Assembly: GCA_025963715.1 (NCBI GenBank)
Contig: JAOQAG010000051.1
Span: 77,125 to 141,124 of the forward strand
Length of the DNA stretch: 64,000 nucleotides
Origin: Bacteroidota bacterium
GTDB taxonomy: Bacteria; Bacteroidota; Bacteroidia; 2-12-FULL-35-15
Direction of reading: 5' to 3'
Notes under the pieces: generated by a model
The model's database searches: none
What the model was told of the DNA's origin: nothing
Seen by the model: the letters and a program-made list of their open reading frames with translations, nothing else
Position numbers and translations under genes: made by a program
Part shown: piece by piece, positions 61,605 to 64,000 of the stretch
How positions within the stretch are numbered: the stretch's first letter is position 1
Layout of the letters: each line of letters opens with the position of its first letter

Positions 61605-62123
61605 CTATTTATCAAAATTATTTTTCCCCCAAACATATTTCACAATCTCATCCCCATGTTCCACATCGTGCTCTTTATAAGTTAAGCCTGCTTTTTCCAA
61701 TACTTTTATTGAGTTCAGATTTCCAACGGCAGCCCTACCCACGATCGTTTCCAGGTTCAAAATAGTTGCTCCGTATTCCATTACTGCTTTTGCGGCTTCG
61801 GTAGCATAACCTTGTCCCCAGTGTTTTTGAAAAAAGCGATAACCCAAATCGATCTCGTTGAGCTCCGCAATGTGTTTTAATCCACACCAGCCAATAAATT
61901 CACCGGTGGATCTTAAATGTACCGCCCAGCGGCCTAAGTTGTTTTTGTATTGCGGAAAGATCACATCGCTCAGGATTTTTTTTGCAGCATCCAGGTCTTT
62001 CACCGGTCCATCTCCGGTGTAACGTGTTACTTCCCGATCGCTGTTCAGATCGATCAGTAATTGTGCATCTTCCAATGCAAATTCACATAAGTACAAGCGT
62101 TCTGTTTCAATTGTTTTTTTCAT
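61605..62123 (-). CDS. RimJ/RimL-type GNAT acetyltransferase
   Basis: IETERLYL, FIGWCGL, DLGYRF..KHWGQGYATEAA, N.NSIKVLEKAG. Confidence 0.9.
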   Translation of the reverse strand: MKKTIETERLYLCEFALEDAQLLIDLNSDREVTRYTGDGPVKDLDAAKKILSDVIFPQYKNNLGRWAVHLRSTGEFIGWCGLKHIAELNEIDLGYRFFQKHWGQGYATEAAKAVMEYGATILNLETIVGRAAVGNLNSIKVLEKAGLTYKEHDVEHGDEIVKYVWGKNNFDK

Positions 62124-62150
62124 AAAATTTTAATATGATTTTCTATTTAA

Positions 62151-62314
62151 CAGATCCCGGGTCGGCGCCCGGGATGACAGTTCGAAGGGAGATTGTTCTC
62201 TGAATTAGCATACAGTATCGGCACACAGCACTCTTTTTTTCTCTGCGCTTTCTTTGCGGCCTCTGCGGTAAATTCACACTGCATCTGCATACAGCAAACT
62301 TTGAACTTTGAACT
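62151..62314. repeat. Mosaic intergenic repeat (family-B REP, 9-mer array, CACAGC junction, heptamer array)
   Basis: CAGATCCCGGGTCGGCGCCCGGGATGACAG, CTCTGCG...CTCTGCGGTAAA, ACAGCAAACTTTGAACTTTGAAC. Confidence 0.7.
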
Positions 62315-63032
62315 ATTCTATCAAATCTCTTAACACTACAGAAGCGCACATACCGCCAAATGCAGCCGGTAAATAAGAAATAGTACCGTATGCCGATTTT
62401 TTAAACTTAGTTCCGTCGGTCATCATCAGCGATTCTTTCATCGGTACTTCCGATGAAAATACCGTTTTGATCCCTTTGTAAATTTTGTACTCTTTTAAGC
62501 GTTTGCGGATGTATTGTGCAAACGGACAATTATGTGTTTTTGAAATATCGGCGACCTCCAGTTTGGTCGGATCAAACCTGCCGCCTGCGCCCATGGAGCT
62601 GATGATGCGAACCTTTTTTTCGTACGCTGTTTTTATGAAGATTAATTTCGGTGTTACACTGTCGATGGCATCCACTACATAATCAAACGGCTGCGATAAC
62701 AATTGTTCTGCACGGTCGGGTGTAATAAATTCTTTGATCACATTCAATTTTAATTCCGGATTAATTGCCAATAAACGTTCCGCCATTACATCCGCTTTGG
62801 ATACCCCGTGTGTGGTGGAAAGTGCCGGTAACTGGCGGTTGCGGTTGCTGGCTTCCACCACATCACCATCTACGATCGTCATCGTGCCTACACCGCCCCT
62901 GCAAATAAATTCCGCTGCAAAAGAACCCACGCCGCCCATTCCAACCACCAGTACATGAGAGTTTTGCAGCTTCATCAGCTTTTCTTTTCCAATCAATAAT
63001 TCGGTGCGCGATAACCAGCTTAGATCATTCAT
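62313..63032 (-). CDS. tcdA: tRNA threonylcarbamoyladenosine dehydratase (ThiF family)
   Basis: VVGMGGVGSFAAE, D.V..SNRNRQ, VDAIDS, SSMGAGG, CPFA..IRKRL, GTISYLPA.FG. Confidence 0.88.
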   Translation of the reverse strand: MNDLSWLSRTELLIGKEKLMKLQNSHVLVVGMGGVGSFAAEFICRGGVGTMTIVDGDVVEASNRNRQLPALSTTHGVSKADVMAERLLAINPELKLNVIKEFITPDRAEQLLSQPFDYVVDAIDSVTPKLIFIKTAYEKKVRIISSMGAGGRFDPTKLEVADISKTHNCPFAQYIRKRLKEYKIYKGIKTVFSSEVPMKESLMMTDGTKFKKSAYGTISYLPAAFGGMCASVVLRDLIE

Positions 63033-63675
63033 AAATAAATAAGCGTTTAAAATTTAACATCATTTTTTCTTTTAATTCTTCCACAGAAATATTTTTCAGG
63101 CCTGCCGCTTTTTCATAAATAACACTGATGGAAATTTCCGAATCATCCGTTTCCAGGAAAAAATTAGTGCAGTCCACTGTTTTTATCATCTTTTGAGCAT
63201 TGGAATTTTCCTGGAGTAATGCTTTGCCAAAGGATAGCATAAAGCCGTTTTGCAGTAACTGATCCGCAATGATCGCGTTGTTGTTGTATCCGTGTACGAT
63301 CATCGGCACCATTATTTTTTGTTCTTTTTTGATCCGGATCAATTCGTCAAATGCTTTTACACAATGAATGATCAATGGTTTTTTTACCGCTTCCGCGATC
63401 TTGATCTGCTCGCTAAAAATAATTGTTTGTAATGCCAGATCAGCTGTTGCAAGCCGGTCCAAACCGCATTCGCCGATTGCTTTTACATGCGCATGTGTGG
63501 CGTTGGCACGAAGCGCTGTTAAATTTTGCTGAACATCTTCCTGCTGCACCTGCCAGGGATGGATCCCGGTAGAAACGGCTTTGTGCTCAGTTATTTTTGA
63601 AACATCCGTAAAAATATTAAGGATCGAAACCGCATCTTTTTCTTCGTGATGCGTATGTATATTAATAAATTTCAC
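63025..63675 (-). CDS. TatD-family nuclease/hydrolase
   Basis: NIHTH, GIHPW, AIGECGLD, PLIIHCVKA, HGY, LETD. GTG at 63675 preferred. Overlaps the tcdA start by 8 nt. Confidence 0.9.
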   Translation of the reverse strand: MKFINIHTHHEEKDAVSILNIFTDVSKITEHKAVSTGIHPWQVQQEDVQQNLTALRANATHAHVKAIGECGLDRLATADLALQTIIFSEQIKIAEAVKKPLIIHCVKAFDELIRIKKEQKIMVPMIVHGYNNNAIIADQLLQNGFMLSFGKALLQENSNAQKMIKTVDCTNFFLETDDSEISISVIYEKAAGLKNISVEELKEKMMLNFKRLFIYE

Positions 63676-63746
63676 GTACCGCCTGGTATAAATAAAAATG
63701 CCATACAATTAATTGCATGGCATCTTTTATATTTGAAAATCAAAGA

Positions 63747-64000
63747 CTATTTATCGTCCCCTGCACCAGCTCTGCCTTTATTTTTTTGTTTTTCATTTTC
63801 CCATTTCGCTTGTTGCTCAGGAGTTAATACCGCTTTGATAGCAGCATCACGTTGTGAACGGATCACTTTGCGCTCGTCAGCAAATACTTTAGCATCAGTA
63901 TCTTTTACTTTAGCAGCAGAAATCGCTTTATCCTTATCAAGATAGATCGCGTATACTTTTGCTTTTTGATCAGCAGTTAAACCCAATACCTGCGTCATTT
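63747..64000 (-). CDS. Helical periplasmic-type protein with LTxxQ motifs (5' end probably outside window)
   Basis: LGLTADQKAKV and VLTPEQQAKW repeats. Frame is open to the window edge. Confidence 0.65.
   Translation of the reverse strand, partial: MTQVLGLTADQKAKVYAIYLDKDKAISAAKVKDTDAKVFADERKVIRSQRDAAIKAVLTPEQQAKWENEKQKNKGRAGAGDDK

Overview
AT-rich chromosomal window from a Bacteroidota genome. The assignment rests on TAnnTTTG promoters, type III glutamine synthetase, fused SecDF, bS21 with Tyr54 and T9SS C-terminal domains. The core content is secDF (5'-truncated), tatA, glnA(III), an OmpA/PorE-like gene, purM-prfA-pyrF, DUF2851-PspC-K+ channel-RmlD-like genes, two APC permeases, comEA-apt-acyl-CoA dehydrogenase, rpsU-xerC-hpf, five tRNAs, the tuf-secE-nusG-rplKAJL-rpoBC cluster, DUF3467, a C1B aminopeptidase and a DNA-repair-rich right end (YcaQ-like, dinB, PA0069-type radical SAM, TatD). 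The main accessory feature is a ~7 kb insert between rpoC and DUF3467. It carries two tandem two-gene modules, each a small T9SS-CTD protein followed by a signal-peptide collagen/trimeric fibre protein with a shared N-terminal domain and a different tip. The insert also holds a decayed two-component regulator and a stray 50-bp copy of rpoC. Intergenic regions are filled with nested palindromic and short-tandem repeat families joined by CACAG/CTGTG junctions. No rRNA, CRISPR array, transposase or prophage was found. All family assignments are from motif recognition by eye, not database searches.
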